From positions 28,706,001 to 28,770,000 of the forward strand of contig CAIIXF020000001.1 in NCBI GenBank assembly GCA_903813345.2: a DNA stretch of 64,000 bases. Direction: 5' to 3'. Position numbers and translations under genes: made by a program. The notes below the pieces were generated by a model. The model was not told where the DNA came from and made no database searches. It worked only from the letters and a program-made list of their open reading frames with translations. This stretch comes from Owenia fusiformis (lineage: Eukaryota). Below, piece by piece: positions 26,624 to 39,572 of this stretch. The stretch's first letter is position 1, and each line of letters opens with the position of its first letter.

Positions 26624-28200
26624 TCTTTTTCTTCTTTTTTCTTTCTTCCTCCTAACAGATTTTCTCTCCAACTATAACATCTTACTTAATCCAACTTACA
26701 TGGTTAACTAAAGACTCTATCCGGCTTTCTGGGAAATTAGGTCAAATTTTTATCTAGGTCAAAGGTCAAGAACTAGGTCAAATCTTACATTTTCAACATT
26801 CTTCATCATATCTTCGTCAATATTCTTCGTAACTCCTTCATCTTTTTTCTATCGTGTAGCTTAGAAAAAAGCGAATCAAAAGTATGACATCAGAATTTTG
26901 ATAACTCTTACCGATTTTGAGAAATGGCGTCCGGAAAGTAGGTCAGAACAAGAAGTTCTCCAAATTCAACATGTGAGTTATGAAATAAGTGTGGAATGAT
27001 CTCAGGAATCCGAATCTGCAAACCAAATTTGGATCAGACTTCCGGTTCGGAAGTTATGGCGTTTTGAAAGCTCAAAATCGCTAAATTTGGTGCCTATGTT
27101 AAGTCAATGGGAAAAAAGACTTTTTGAAGTGTAAAATACAAGATATAGACTGGGTACAGCTTAACATAATGAATGCTTATAAAATAAAAGAAGGGGACCT
27201 CAAAAGCTACATAGCTTCAAAATTTGGACACCAAAATGCCTAGGTCAAAATCTAGGTCAAATTCATAGTTTTTCCTTATTTTTACGATTCTGACACTACA
27301 CTTTAATAATTTACTTCAAAATTTTGTATACAGGTAGCAAAGAGTGTGCTAATAGTGTTAGCCTTTTGCCGTCAGAAAGTATTTTGACCCACTTTCGAGA
27401 TATGGTGTCCGAAAAGTAGGTCAAAATAAAAAGTTCTCCAAATTTAACATATGAGCTGTGAATTAAGGGTAGAATTTTCCCAGGAATCCGAATCTGCAAA
27501 CCAAATTTCAATCCGACTTTTGATTCGGAAGTTATGGCGTTTTGAAAGCTCAAAAGTCGCTAAATTTGGTGCCCCATGTTATGTCAATGAGAAAAAAGAT
27601 TTTTTTGGATTGTAAAATACCAGATATGAACTGAGTACAGCTTAACATTCTGAAAGCCTATAAAAGAAGGGGACCTCGAAGGCTACCTAGCTTTAAAATT
27701 TGGACACCAAAATGCCTAAGTCAAAATCTAGGTCAAATTCATAGTTTTTCCTTATTTTTGCGATTCGGACATTACACTTTAATGATTTGCTTCGAAATTG
27801 TGTATACAGGTAGCAAAGAGTATGCTTATAGTGTTAGCCTTTTGCCGTCATAAAGTATTTTGACCCACTTTTGAGATATGGTGTCTGAAAAGTAGGTCAA
27901 AATAAAAAGTTCTCAAAATTTAACGTATGAGTTATGAATTAAGGGTAGAATTTTCTCAGGAATCAGAATCTTTAAACCAAATTTCGATCCAACTTCTGAT
28001 TAGATAGTTATAGCGGTTTGAAGTCTCGAAAAGTCGATATGATGATATCCCCATGTTAAGCCAATGGAGTCGAAGATAACATTCTTAAGAGTTGTCTAAA
28101 TGTCTATATTCTAGCTGACTCAGCTTATTCTGAATGACTCAGCTTACAAGTATTTGGATGACTCAGCTTAAAAAAAGTCTGAAATCTGGAGTCTTAAATT
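26624..28200. repeat. Related AGGTCA-rich element with ~478-bp tandem units
   Basis: CAGGAATCCGAATCT recurs at ~27003, 27481 and 27957. Confidence 0.75.
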
Positions 28201-28465
28201 GAACTTGTTCAATTTACATGTCTAGTTACATTTGTGATGGGAAACTGTACCATAATTGAAAATTTTGATTATACTACTTATCATGCAATCTGAAACAGTC
28301 ATGCACAATAATATGAATTGCTTTACTGCACACATAACAACATATTAGCAGACACACAACCTACACCCCACTATAAAACTATTTTATAAAATTACTTTTA
28401 CCAACCTAATATATTTTGCAAAAAAATAAAACAGAAGGTAAATTCTAGATTAAAAGTTGTGTTAC

Positions 28466-28470
28466 CTCAT
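28466..28470 (-). CDS. Candidate ATG-only first coding exon end (ATGAG|GTAAC)
   Basis: CAAAATGAG|GTAACA, phase 2, preceded by UTR-like sequence to ~28560. Confidence 0.3.
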
Positions 28471-29136
28471 TTTGTATGCCGTGTGTCTTTTGCCTGTCAC
28501 CTTGAGCTACAGCACTATGATGTGTCTCTCCAACTTTGTCATGCCCTGACTCATCCTTTAAAAGCTCATTCTAGCCCCAAGCTTTTTATATGTACATTTG
28601 TCTTAAACTTTTGTTTAAACAGGATTTCAACTAATATGAACCTAATCAAAGAATTCTATACTAAAATCTAATAAAAATACCACCTTTATTCAGAGTTCAA
28701 TCAATTGCATTTCTTATTGATGTCACTTAATTAAATAAATTACTCAAAATCTTAAAATTTGAGACTGCCGTATCTAGCAAAGAATGACTTTTAGTAAAGC
28801 ATTTGTTGTGTCAGATTAAGATTGGTAGCCTCTTTAGAACAGTAACTTCATCCTAATTTTGATTAGTTTTTTCTGTAATCACTGATCTGCATATTTTTAT
28901 TCACTTAAGCATAGATATAATATTTCACTTCGTTAAATGAGGTTGTTAACACCCCTCAGCCTAGAAACTAAATTGTATATTACTTTATAGAAAGAAATGT
29001 CCATTATATCATTATGTTTAAAAACTCAAGCAAATTTTTTATATAAAGCTACCTTTACACAACCTTAATTCATTGTAATGACATTTTATCTCTATTACCT
29101 TTTTAGTTCTACAAAAATAAGTGTTTCATTGAAGGC

Positions 29137-29403
29137 CAGGGGCGGATCTGGGAACCAACAAGAGGGGCCCAAATATCAGGTCAAAAAAAAACTTTTGGGC
29201 CCCTAAAATGCAAAAGTGGGCCCAAATTTTGAAATTATGAGGCCCAGTTTCTTCAAAATTTGGCCTGAAATGAAAAATAAGGCCCAGTTATGTCCAAAAG
29301 ACCCACTTTTTGAGGCTTAAGGTCTTTTTTGGCCCAAAATCTTTTTTGGACCCAATTTTTTTTTTCTGTGCCCGGGCCCCCCCCCACCCCAGATCCACCA
29401 GTA
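29137..29403. mobile_element. MITE with CA(G/C)(G/T)GGCGGATC-type TIR and 5-bp TSD
   Basis: AAGGC|CAGGGGCGGATCTGGG...CCCAGATCCACCAGTA|AAGGC. Confidence 0.75.
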
Positions 29404-30672
29404 AAGGCCCATATACTGCTAATGTTATTGCTTATAATTGAACAATTATCTTTACAAAGACTGTGTCTACAGCAATGTTTTGTTTTCCAAAATCTTCATC
29501 TATTCCAAAAATGTAGCATATTGGAGAGACTCCAGGTTAAGTTTACACAATATTGCATATGGAAAATATTCATGAAATCAAAATGACCTACATATCATTG
29601 ATGATAGGATACAACACCTCTACTATTAAAAAATAAAAAATGAATCGGTATAATTTGGTGTGAGATTCTGGTACTCTCTTGCCTACTGTTGTGTTAATAT
29701 ATGAAGTTTCAGTGAACATAAGGTCTGTTTTGCATTTATTGTGACAAGCAATCCCAAGTGAGATTGTTTCCGAAGGGGAGGTCCAGTACGGCAAACATGT
29801 TTGTACAGAAGCAGGAGATTTGTCCACAAACCAATTTTAGGGACTTTGAGGCATTGTAAAGTATTTACTCTGAGGCAAATAATTTAATCATTATATCTTG
29901 AGGTAAAAATCCAAATGGGGGCAAAATATAACTCTGACGCACATTTTTTCAAATTTGCAACTAAGCGTTTCAAAGCTTGACAATGGTAAGGGCTTCTTAC
30001 ATGACAAAATGTTACCACCTAGTTGCTAACAAATATTATTAGTTCAATCTTAAGTCAGATTTGAATTTCTGAGAACTCTGTAGATGATTTTTTGACCCTG
30101 AGTAGGTAATTCTACCTCACTGTATTACGTAACAAAGAGACTATATGAGAGAGCGGTCAGCTGCTGGTTAATCACTTGTGGTTCAGCTTGCTTAACACTA
30201 AGAGCTCATGCAGCATGGCTGCTATTTTACCTTTTGATTTTCTTTGAGGATTAAATGTTCAGATACCAAAGAAAGTAAACTTGTTACTCAAAGTAGATAT
30301 GTTATTTCGTAATAATTTCAGTTTTTTAAAGTGCCATGAATGGCCTAAGTTAAATGTTAGATTTTTAAAAAAAGAAAGAAAGGATATATCACTTGTTCCG
30401 GAGGAATCTATTTATTTAAAAGAAATTAGGACTGTGGCAAGATCAATCATAGGATGATTGTCCGAGGAGAGGATGTTTCCAGAAATAAATCGGTTTGGTG
30501 TCTTCAAAGACTAGGCTACCGGTTCTAGAGCCCGTTCTAGAGTTATGTTCCAGTTGCAGATGCACGTACAGTCTCTCCAAATTTCTATTACACGAAGTAA
30601 TGAAGCCAACACTGCAAGATTGGTAATATAAGATTTTTTATATGTAACCGTTAAAGGTTTGTTTTTTAAGTG

Positions 30673-30870
30673 AAATGAAACCTCAAATGTGAGGATGTCA
30701 AATGGCCAGCATGTGAATGTTGGCAAAGTTGGAATCATCCAACTGTTGACTAAAAAGGGAGTTCCTCCCAAAAATGAAACCTCAAAGGCAAGGATGTCAA
30801 ATGGCTAGCATGCGAGTGTTGGTAAAATTGGAGCCAGCCAATAGTTGACTATAAAGGGAGTTCCTCTCAA
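30673..30870. repeat. Two diverged ~100-bp direct repeats
   Basis: AAATGAAACCTCAAA...GGATGTCAAATGGC...GGGAGTTCCTC occurs twice. Confidence 0.7.
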
Positions 30871-32245
30871 AAATAGGATGCCTGTAGATTAAAATTATGT
30901 AGATTAAACCGAAGTACCTTGCTTGGAATCATTTAATTGTTGGTAATGGGAGTTCCTCCCAAATAGAACATAGGTATATTCCAGCCTTACACTGCTTGGA
31001 ATATCTGTAATTACTGAAGAATGGAAGTTCCTTCCAAAACTGTTTAAGTGTATTACATTGATGGAACATTTTTCCCGTTTCATCTTCTTTAAGAAGAATG
31101 AAAAAATTAAAGAAGCTTGTTTGTAGCCATGCATGGCACAAATGTAGAAACCCATTATGTTCAGTAACTAATCCTGTTTTGAGGAAGTTGCTAGCTAGAG
31201 CTGCCTCAGCTCGGATCAAATTGTGGCAATAGAATCGCAAAAACATGTTTTTCTTTCTAAAGTTCAAAGATATAAGGGACATGTGCACCCTTTTGAAAAC
31301 ATTGCTACTATTAAACATGGGCAAAATAAGCTACAATATTCAGTATAATTCTCAGAGCCAATCAAGCGTCAACCTTGTTTCAGACTGATGATCAAGTCTT
31401 TTTGCATCATGGCAATCGCATCTGTCCCAGATCAAGAGCTATCACGGTAATAGAGCTAAGGTAGTTTGAAATTTTTTTTTTTTTAACAGGAATCATTATA
31501 TCCTTATATACCTTTTAAACAAAAAGATTAAAATGGGAGAAATTAGCACAGTGAGTGCAAGAAAATGATAATTTTTCATTAAAACTTGACTTTTATCCAA
31601 CTCTATCCTTGAGGATAGAGGTCCATGCATTAAACAAACTTGACTAAGACTTAATCTTCATTCGAAAAGTTAAACAATCTTAAGTGTGGATGATCCAAAA
31701 TTGAAACTTTCTAAACAGACATTTGGCCTTATACAGAAAGAATACTAGATATAGCATCATAAAAATCACACACTTTGATGAGAATGCTTAAGATTATAAT
31801 TACTTGAAAGTATCAGCTTTTTTAGCTAGGTCACTAATTTTTTAGAAATGATGCTTTAAATGCATAAACTGTGAAGTCAGTGTTATCACTTTTCATCTTT
31901 ATTCATACAGTATGTATTACATTAATGTTGGTACCTTGACAGATATTAGTCATACAAAAATGCGTGCACACAAAACATTGTGTCTACTTGGGAAGGACAC
32001 ATGAGAAACAGTTCTAAGGATAACATAGAAACAATGTGAAATCACAGCTTGCTAACCTTATTACATAAGCATGAGCATCTTTTTCAAAGGTCATTGGGTT
32101 TGTGTCTTTATTGTTGCAACTTATGATAATCTCCTACTTTTTCAATACATGAATCTTGAATAAGATGAAAGTAAGGCATGAAACATCAGAGGCAATTATG
32201 AAGCAATTATATCATTATCAAATGATTCTAATGTAGCTGGCAGAC

Positions 32246-34369
32246 CGGTTGGAAGAAAAGGATGACACCACAAAAGGATGACACCATAAAAGGATGACAC
32301 CACAAAAGGATGACACCACAAAAGGATGACACTAGTAGAAAAAGGATGAAACTTGTAAAATGTTATAAGAAGTAGATGACAATGCATGATTTCTATATCT
32401 CATTTTAACTTGATCCAAATGATGACAATGAGAATAAAACAAGAGGAACCATTGTAGGAGCTAAGATACATTAGGGGTTGAGTTAAGAAAGACTTTCGTC
32501 ATTGTATAGTTATTATTATGAATGCATATTGTAATTTGAGAAATCTAATGATCTGCCATGGTAGTTTATGCAAAAATAGCTACAAGTCTACGGAATCCAA
32601 ACTGTCATAATCAAAAGCCATTTTGAAATTCAGCTGCCATCTTAAACAATTTTTTTGTGAGCACAGGTCCTTTGTCCTCAGCATCAGTATATAAAATTTG
32701 AGCCAAATCAGCTTGTATTAGTAATTGTAAACTTGTATTAAGTAATCAAGTATTACATTCTTTTATGAAAAAATGGTGGCCATTGTATTAAATAATCAAG
32801 GATTTTGTATGCAAAATGGTGGCCCTTTTAAAATTCAGCTGCCATATTTCTTCTTCAGCGGAGCTCCTGCGTCCCTAGGCCATATAGGCTTCAACATATA
32901 AAATGTCAATTGAATCTATCCACTAGTATTTAAGTTATCAAAGATAACATTTTTATGAAAATAGTCGCCAATTTGAAACTAAATGGCCATCTTGAAAATC
33001 TCTTATTGAGCAGAGCCCCATCATCCCTCGGCATCAGCATAAAAATTGGAACCAAATCAACTATTCTAGTATTTGAGTTAAAATTATATAATAATAAAAG
33101 TTATAATTTTACAAAAAAAGCCTATAAAATTGAATCAAATTCAAAAATGAATCAAATCCATCAACTAGTATTTTGTAATCCATCAGACAAACAAACGAAT
33201 GGACAGGTGGCTTCTCTATATCCATGCAAACTTCATTTGGTAGGATAACAAAATGTGTTCCCCTGTATGAAGGCCACTGGAGTTTCCAAAGATATCTTGT
33301 CAGACTTTGTGAATTTGCAGAATTGCCTCCTGTCGCCAATTACATCATAAGTAGAATGGTCTGAACAGATCCTCTTTTTGAAGTACTGTATATCATCTAA
33401 ATAAACCTTTTATATCTTGTAGATCTAATTTTTTCTTATTTTGTTTATATATAATTTGTTGTTGTTCTTATACTAAAATATGCAGACCTTTCTTGGGACA
33501 TGCTTTTCATAATGAAAATATTCAAGAACTGATGAATTAATTCAACTTACAAACGATTATGTAAATTAAGTCAAGTGTGGTCATTTCCCAAAAATTATAA
33601 AGCTCTTAGATTGTATGATTAAATAGTTTAAAGGTGTCATCACATGCAATAAACTACTTAAAAGATTCATCTTTAGAGTCAACCTTGCAAATAGATAAAA
33701 TAGATAATTAAATAATACAAGGAAAATACATGAAAAAGACAGAATACAAATAAACTAACGGAACTATTTCATTGTGAAATGAACCTTAAATACAATTCAT
33801 CACTTTTTCTACGTAACTTTTGAATATTTGTGAAGCTGGTTTAAAAGTCCATCAACATTTACCAGGAAGGGAAAATTCATTGACACTCAGATGCATATCT
33901 TTCCTGTAACAGCAAATGGGCCTCAACAAATTGCACAAGCATGCAGTAACATTTCCCCATATTTACCTTTTAGTATCTACAATGAGACCACCTTTAAGTA
34001 TGTTCTTCCAAATAATATATGAAAACTAATATTGGATTTGAATTTATTTTTGATAAAACATACATAGTTGGCTGCTATGGTCAAATATAATTAAAAAAGA
34101 ATTAAAATAAAGCATGTTTCAAAACAATTCCACGACAAAACTTGATACTTTATGAACAGGCACGTGGGACAATCCTGGCCAAACTTGATATTTTATGTAC
34201 AGGAAAGTGGGATAATTCTGGTACACATGATCTTCATTGGGGTTTTAATAGGTACAAGCGACCTTTAGATGTAAACAAACACATCATAACAAAGAGTGTG
34301 CAAAGTTCAATCTGGTGTCATCCTTTTGTGGTGTCATCCGTTTATAGTGTCATCCTTTTCTTCCAACCG
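32246..34369. mobile_element. Mutator-like (MULE) non-autonomous element, 9-bp TSD
   Basis: CTGGCAGAC|CGGTTGGAAGAAAAGGATGACAC...GTGTCATCCTTTTCTTCCAACCG|CTGGCAGAC; subterminal 18-bp repeats. Confidence 0.9.
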
Positions 34370-34692
34370 CTGGCAGACTGGGGAACAATGGAATCCAGTG
34401 ACTCAATCAGTCATGGTGTCCAAGACATGACCCTCTTCACTGATGCATCAGGGAGTGGTTGATGCTGTGTATGAAATGGCATTTAAGGCAGCCCTTGCTC
34501 TTCTAAAGAAGATAATAGTATGACTTAAATTACTTAGAAAAAGCCTACATCAAAAGTTGGCCTAATAATGTGTGACTGTATGACTCTGATAGTTCAACCT
34601 ATATAAATGGGAAGAAATCTTTGCTTGCACACATAAAATGATCGTAAAGGTATTGAGTACATTTACTTTGGAAGTAGATGCAGAATCCAAAT
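34370..34692 (+). pseudogene. Degenerate DIRS-like retrotransposon RNase H fragment
   Basis: Ordered motifs TLFTDASGSG*, LNYLE, SDSSTYIN and VDAESK, with stops and frameshifts. Confidence 0.55.
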
Positions 34693-36389
34693 ATGAAAAC
34701 ATTTGTGCTTATGAAAATGTAATTACTTGAGTTGCAAACCCTTTTAAATGTTCCCTAAAATAAGTTTTATTTTGCTTTAGAGTACTAATTGAGACTCATT
34801 TTGTGATCTTGAATCTAAGATGAAGATAATCATATCATAATGATATAGGGTTGTCTATGTATTTTGATAAAATCTTTCAAAAGAAAGAAATGCATAAAGG
34901 GCACAACATTCCTTTGTTTGTGTCTAAAAACCAGAACCTGGTGAACATGCAAAGTTGCATTTTTGGGCTTGCCCTCTCACCTTCCAAAGAGGAGGGGGTG
35001 GGGGGTGAAATAAATGTACTCAATACTCATTTCAGTATACCCAGATTTGCCAACAAGAAAAGTACTAAATATATTTTTAATTATACAAGTTATTGTTAGC
35101 TGCCCCAGCTATCCAAGTGTTGAATATTGAAGTTTTCTATAAAGCAAACAATTTTGATAACACTTACTAATAAGATAACCAATCTTTACTTGGAATGTCC
35201 ATGTAAGCTATAAGTTATAATTATATTTAACAAGAGTAGGCCTGACAAAGGCTTTGTTTGGACATCTACATACATGTATTTAATGTAATTAGATATGCTC
35301 ATTCCTGTAGCACTGTATACTTTACATCACCTCAGATAAATAAGTATTTCACTAAAAATAAAAGCATTTCATTGTTTGTCAATGTCCGTGGCTTAGCGCT
35401 AACTACATGCAAATCGTCATAAAACATGACACCTCATTTCATAACAGAAGATATGAGCAGTAGCAGAATGGATACAGATAAGCATTGCATTTTTCACATC
35501 TAGAGATGTATAAACAAGTTGCTCAATCATAGAATAAACAACTTTAAGAAATAAAAAGTAAATAACCTTTTTACTGCAACTTTGAATGGATGTTGATTTT
35601 TTAAAATATTTTACTACAAATGAATTGTTACACTTTGTACCATTGACCATGCGAATGGTTAAATCTCATAAAACTGGTCATCAAATATGACTTCATGTGA
35701 TTATTTGATAATGTTTTGACATTATGTAGATACATTCTTTTTTAATAAGAACTTATAACTGGGTTTCTTCAGAAACCTTTAACATTAATTGATGTAATAT
35801 ATCCCAATTTACAGCAGTAATTAACAACTCATGCCAAATCCATATTAGTATCTGGATAAGACTACAGGAATGCATGTGATGCTATATTTTATTTTTTGAA
35901 ATGTCAAAAATGAGTTAAATACAGTGTATCAATAAACCTAAAGGGAAGGATGTGTTTTTACACAGCTGTGGGCATTGTGCTTTTGTGAGGTCTGAGTAAT
36001 TAACTTGACACAAGATTGTCTGAGTACAGCTTTAACAATTTCATTGTTTTGTTTCTATAATTGATGTTTCTTGAAGATAATCTTCATTACAAAAGTTATG
36101 CTTTTGTTGTTTCAAAATTTTATTTTGATATTCATTAATTATTGAGTGATCCCATGCTTTAAAATCTCATATAGTCTCTTTGTTACGTAATACAGTGAGG
36201 TAGAATTGATAGTTAAACGAGACTTACCTTGGTAAGTTGAAGTTTGACTGTAGTTCTACCGAACTGTATGCAGGAACAAAGAGATTATATCCCACCCTAT
36301 CCCTCCCAAATTGTTCCTGCATCATGACAATGTGATCACTCAATGCTCTCAATAGTGATTAACCAGCAGCTCAAATCTAAAGCCAGAGA

Positions 36390-36808
36390 GAACTTGAAGA
36401 TGATTTGAAAAAAAATTGGTCAATTTGAAGCAAGTTGAAAAAAGACCTTTTTGACCTTTTTTGACCTTGAGAAGGTCATTGAAGGTCAAATCTTAAAGCT
36501 AGAGTCACATTTGACCTTCTGATAACTTGCAGATGATTTTTAAAAAAATTGGTCAATTTGAAGCAAGTTGAAAAAAATACCTTTTTAATCTTTTTTTGAC
36601 CTTGAAAGGTCATTAAAGGTCAAATCTTAACTTCTATAAACTTGTAGCTGATTTGGAAAAAAATGAAGTCAGTCTAAACAGTATTTGTTAAGTTATTGGA
36701 AGTTTTAAGAATTTGTTACAGAAGCCGATCGCCAACCGCCAACCGCCGCCACCACAAAAAACGGAGACCATAACAATATGTCACCACTTCTTGGTGGTGA
36801 CATAAAAA
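36390..36808 (-). mobile_element. Truncated HINE-like element
   Basis: ATGTCACCAC..GTGGTGACAT hairpin, GGCGGTT microsatellite, AGGTCA/TGACCT repeats related to 24.3-26.6 kb. Confidence 0.5.
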
Positions 36809-37610
36809 TGAATCTCAATATACTTTAAAGTACCATCCGCAAGTTTCATGCTTTGTTCCAAAAAATGATAAGCAATGTGTATTCCATATACTAATGATTT
36901 ACTTCACAGTTTTATCTTAAACATGCATTCCAGGACAAATGAACTGAACTGATGCTGGAAAAAATGATCAATTCCTATTGTTAGATTCAACAGTTTTAGA
37001 AGTAATCAATATGCCATCTATGAATAAACACAAATTTTACAGATTATTTACAGATGACAGGCAATTAAATCATCTTTCATTATATCATCTTTTAAATTGA
37101 GGCTTGCTCTCTTAACTCAGTCAATTTTTGTTGAATGTGATTTAAAATCTATAATAAACTCTCAACTGAAACATAATATCCTTTGATCTTCACACTTATC
37201 AATGCACTCTATTGTGTCAACTAACTACATAACAAGACTGCTTCAGATCACAAAATGAAGCACCTTGTGGAGTGATCAATGTCTTGAGGAAAGACTAAAC
37301 ATTATTTATGCAAAAAAGTTCAACCGACCCCCCCCCCCCCGTGTAGAAGCATAAATATCAGATATGTTCCTTAACTTAGCGAGATTAAATATAGCATGCA
37401 AATGAATCAAAACTTACTTTCGTTTTGAAATATTTTGAGGATTCTAATTTTCATACAAAGTTCCACGAAGAAGGAAGTACAAATCTAAACAAAGTTTTGC
37501 ATGCAAAAAGAAATCCCAGTTTAGAACACAAATATGAGTTGTTGGAGTAAAATAGTAGTAATATAGTGTTTTCATAAATAGGTGTTGCGTAGCATTGAGC
37601 TAGTTTGAAA

Positions 37611-39365
37611 ATGCAGTCAAAGTGGAGTATCGTTAACTATATTTTAATGACAGTGTTTCTAGCTTTCGCTGGATCGTTTGGATTATCGAGGTGGATAACA
37701 GTGAATCAAAAACATGGTATCTCAGAAACATTTATGTTGTGGCTATTGCTTCTGTTGCAAATCTTAACTGTTTTCTTCATCTTTGTCTTCAGTCGAACCA
37801 ACAAACAACATTGGAGGTATGTACCATGGCGTTTATCAGACACAAATGGTATAACTACGATTGGAATTATTTTGTTTCTAGCGGGGACATTCATATTTGA
37901 CATTTTCAAAATAATAGCAACAGCAGAATGTATGGATGCCTATAGTTACTTTGAGGATATATATAAAGAGAAAATACTGGACTTGGTCCTCACAATCTGG
38001 AAACCTCTCGTATATATGTCTTCCCAAATACTGCTTCTGATGTGGTGCAATTATGGCAATATTCACAATAACCCAAACATTAAGAAAACATCTGTGTTTT
38101 TATTTGCAGCAGCATCAAACTTATTTCTTTGGATATATTCAATTTTATTTGAATGTAAACCTTTATTTGCTAAGGAACCTATTGAGCACAATCTAACAAT
38201 AATTGATGAATCCTTACGCCAACATGCCAATAAATGTTTGCATGAAAAAAGTGATATGCAGGAAAAGGTAAAACATTTAGAGACATACTTACACCCCTTT
38301 CAACTTGAATTTTGCATCCTGGCCAGTAGTATGTTAATTCACACAAGATCCAGTATAAAACACAGTAAACTGAGGCTGCAAGAGGGTTTGATAGATTATC
38401 CAGATATTGAACCTATTGAACAGAATGACCATGATGATCCTAATATAGAACAGCAATTACCTGGGGACAATGATGGCCATATGATTCAAAATCCAGTACT
38501 GGTAGATCCACCAATTATACCGAGAAATCTAACATTCTTCCAACTAATTTGGGTAGCCTTCAAAGACTTTATGGTATGGCTCAAAGAGTCTTTGAACTGT
38601 TGTGGCACAGGTTTCAGATGCTATGGGATGTTCTGGCTCCTTGGTTTATTATTAATGGCACTCCTATTCACAATGGAATGTACCATGTTGATAAAGACAT
38701 TCTACAGACATGCTGTCATCATCTCATTAGTACTTAAAACAGTATATGACCCAACCTTAATAGCAGTTACTTCATATATTATCTACAAGTTGCATAAATC
38801 AGACAGACTGAGGCGCTATGGCGACCTTGACACAGAATGTATAATATTAATAATATCATCTTTGGGTCTACTGTTAGACGTTGCATTCTCTTACATATCT
38901 ACAGTACCTACAGTAGTTTATCAAGACTTTGACCCAAACTGGATGTTCTATTGTCAAGATGAAGAAACTTCATACATGAGCTCAGAGATTTCCACAGGGA
39001 CAAATGAATTCATAATTATAGCAAGCATAAACCTGGTTGACCAAGCATTCAAACTCATTCAGGTCATCTTTCAAATATACCTTATAATTATCTTAACATG
39101 TTTCCTGGATGGCCCAATGGATGCCAGGCTATCAGAATATATAGGGTTTGTCCTAATGCTAAATGTAGGATACTGGTTAATAGACAGTGTGGTAGAGGTA
39201 AAGTTTACCAATGCTTGGCCCATACAAGAACAGTTCTTCAGTTGTGATAGCTGGGCAGTCCTCATGCACCTATTCTATACCCCAGCAATTTACTTTAGGT
39301 TCCATTCTGTGTTGATGTTATCAGGCCATACTCATACAAGGAATGGATATGCTCTCTTGAATTAA
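37611..39365 (+). CDS. Otopetrin-family proton channel, single-exon ORF (~584 aa)
   Basis: Uninterrupted ORF with about 12 hydrophobic segments. Otopetrin-like motifs: SNLFLWIYS, YLHPFQLEFCILASSML (cf. YLYPFNIEYSIL), LNVGYWLID and PAIYFRFHS (cf. PxxIFYRMHS). First ATG at 37611; the ORF track starts at a TTG at 37605. Confidence 0.88.
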   Translation: MQSKWSIVNYILMTVFLAFAGSFGLSRWITVNQKHGISETFMLWLLLLLQILTVFFIFVFSRTNKQHWRYVPWRLSDTNGITTIGIILFLAGTFIFDIFKIIATAECMDAYSYFEDIYKEKILDLVLTIWKPLVYMSSQILLLMWCNYGNIHNNPNIKKTSVFLFAAASNLFLWIYSILFECKPLFAKEPIEHNLTIIDESLRQHANKCLHEKSDMQEKVKHLETYLHPFQLEFCILASSMLIHTRSSIKHSKLRLQEGLIDYPDIEPIEQNDHDDPNIEQQLPGDNDGHMIQNPVLVDPPIIPRNLTFFQLIWVAFKDFMVWLKESLNCCGTGFRCYGMFWLLGLLLMALLFTMECTMLIKTFYRHAVIISLVLKTVYDPTLIAVTSYIIYKLHKSDRLRRYGDLDTECIILIISSLGLLLDVAFSYISTVPTVVYQDFDPNWMFYCQDEETSYMSSEISTGTNEFIIIASINLVDQAFKLIQVIFQIYLIIILTCFLDGPMDARLSEYIGFVLMLNVGYWLIDSVVEVKFTNAWPIQEQFFSCDSWAVLMHLFYTPAIYFRFHSVLMLSGHTHTRNGYALLN

Positions 39366-39397
39366 GTATGACTGCAGATTTTAATAGATGGACCTAC

Positions 39398-39572
39398 CGG
39401 GGATGGATGTGGGAACCAACAAGGGGGGGGGGCATATTTCAAGTCTGAAAGAAATTCAGCACTTGCACAGAAAAATGTTTTAGGCCCCTAAAAGCCCCAC
39501 TGATTGGGGTCCTAAATTATTTTCTGGGCCCACCCAAGACCCCCCCCCCCCACCCCTACAGATCTGCCAGTA
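39398..39572. mobile_element. MITE, same family as 29137-29403, just after the otopetrin stop codon
   Basis: Shared GGGAACCAACAAG..., G/C runs and CAGATCTGCCAGTA end; flanks CCTAC/CCCAC. Confidence 0.6.

Noticed and set aside
36228..36263. 36-nt minus-strand exon candidate with good splice sites
   Set aside because: Lies within a dispersed repeat (inverted copy near 30105-30176) and has no supporting homology.
37691..39265. Short ORFs overlapping the otopetrin gene
   Set aside because: Alternative-frame or antisense shadows of the long ORF.
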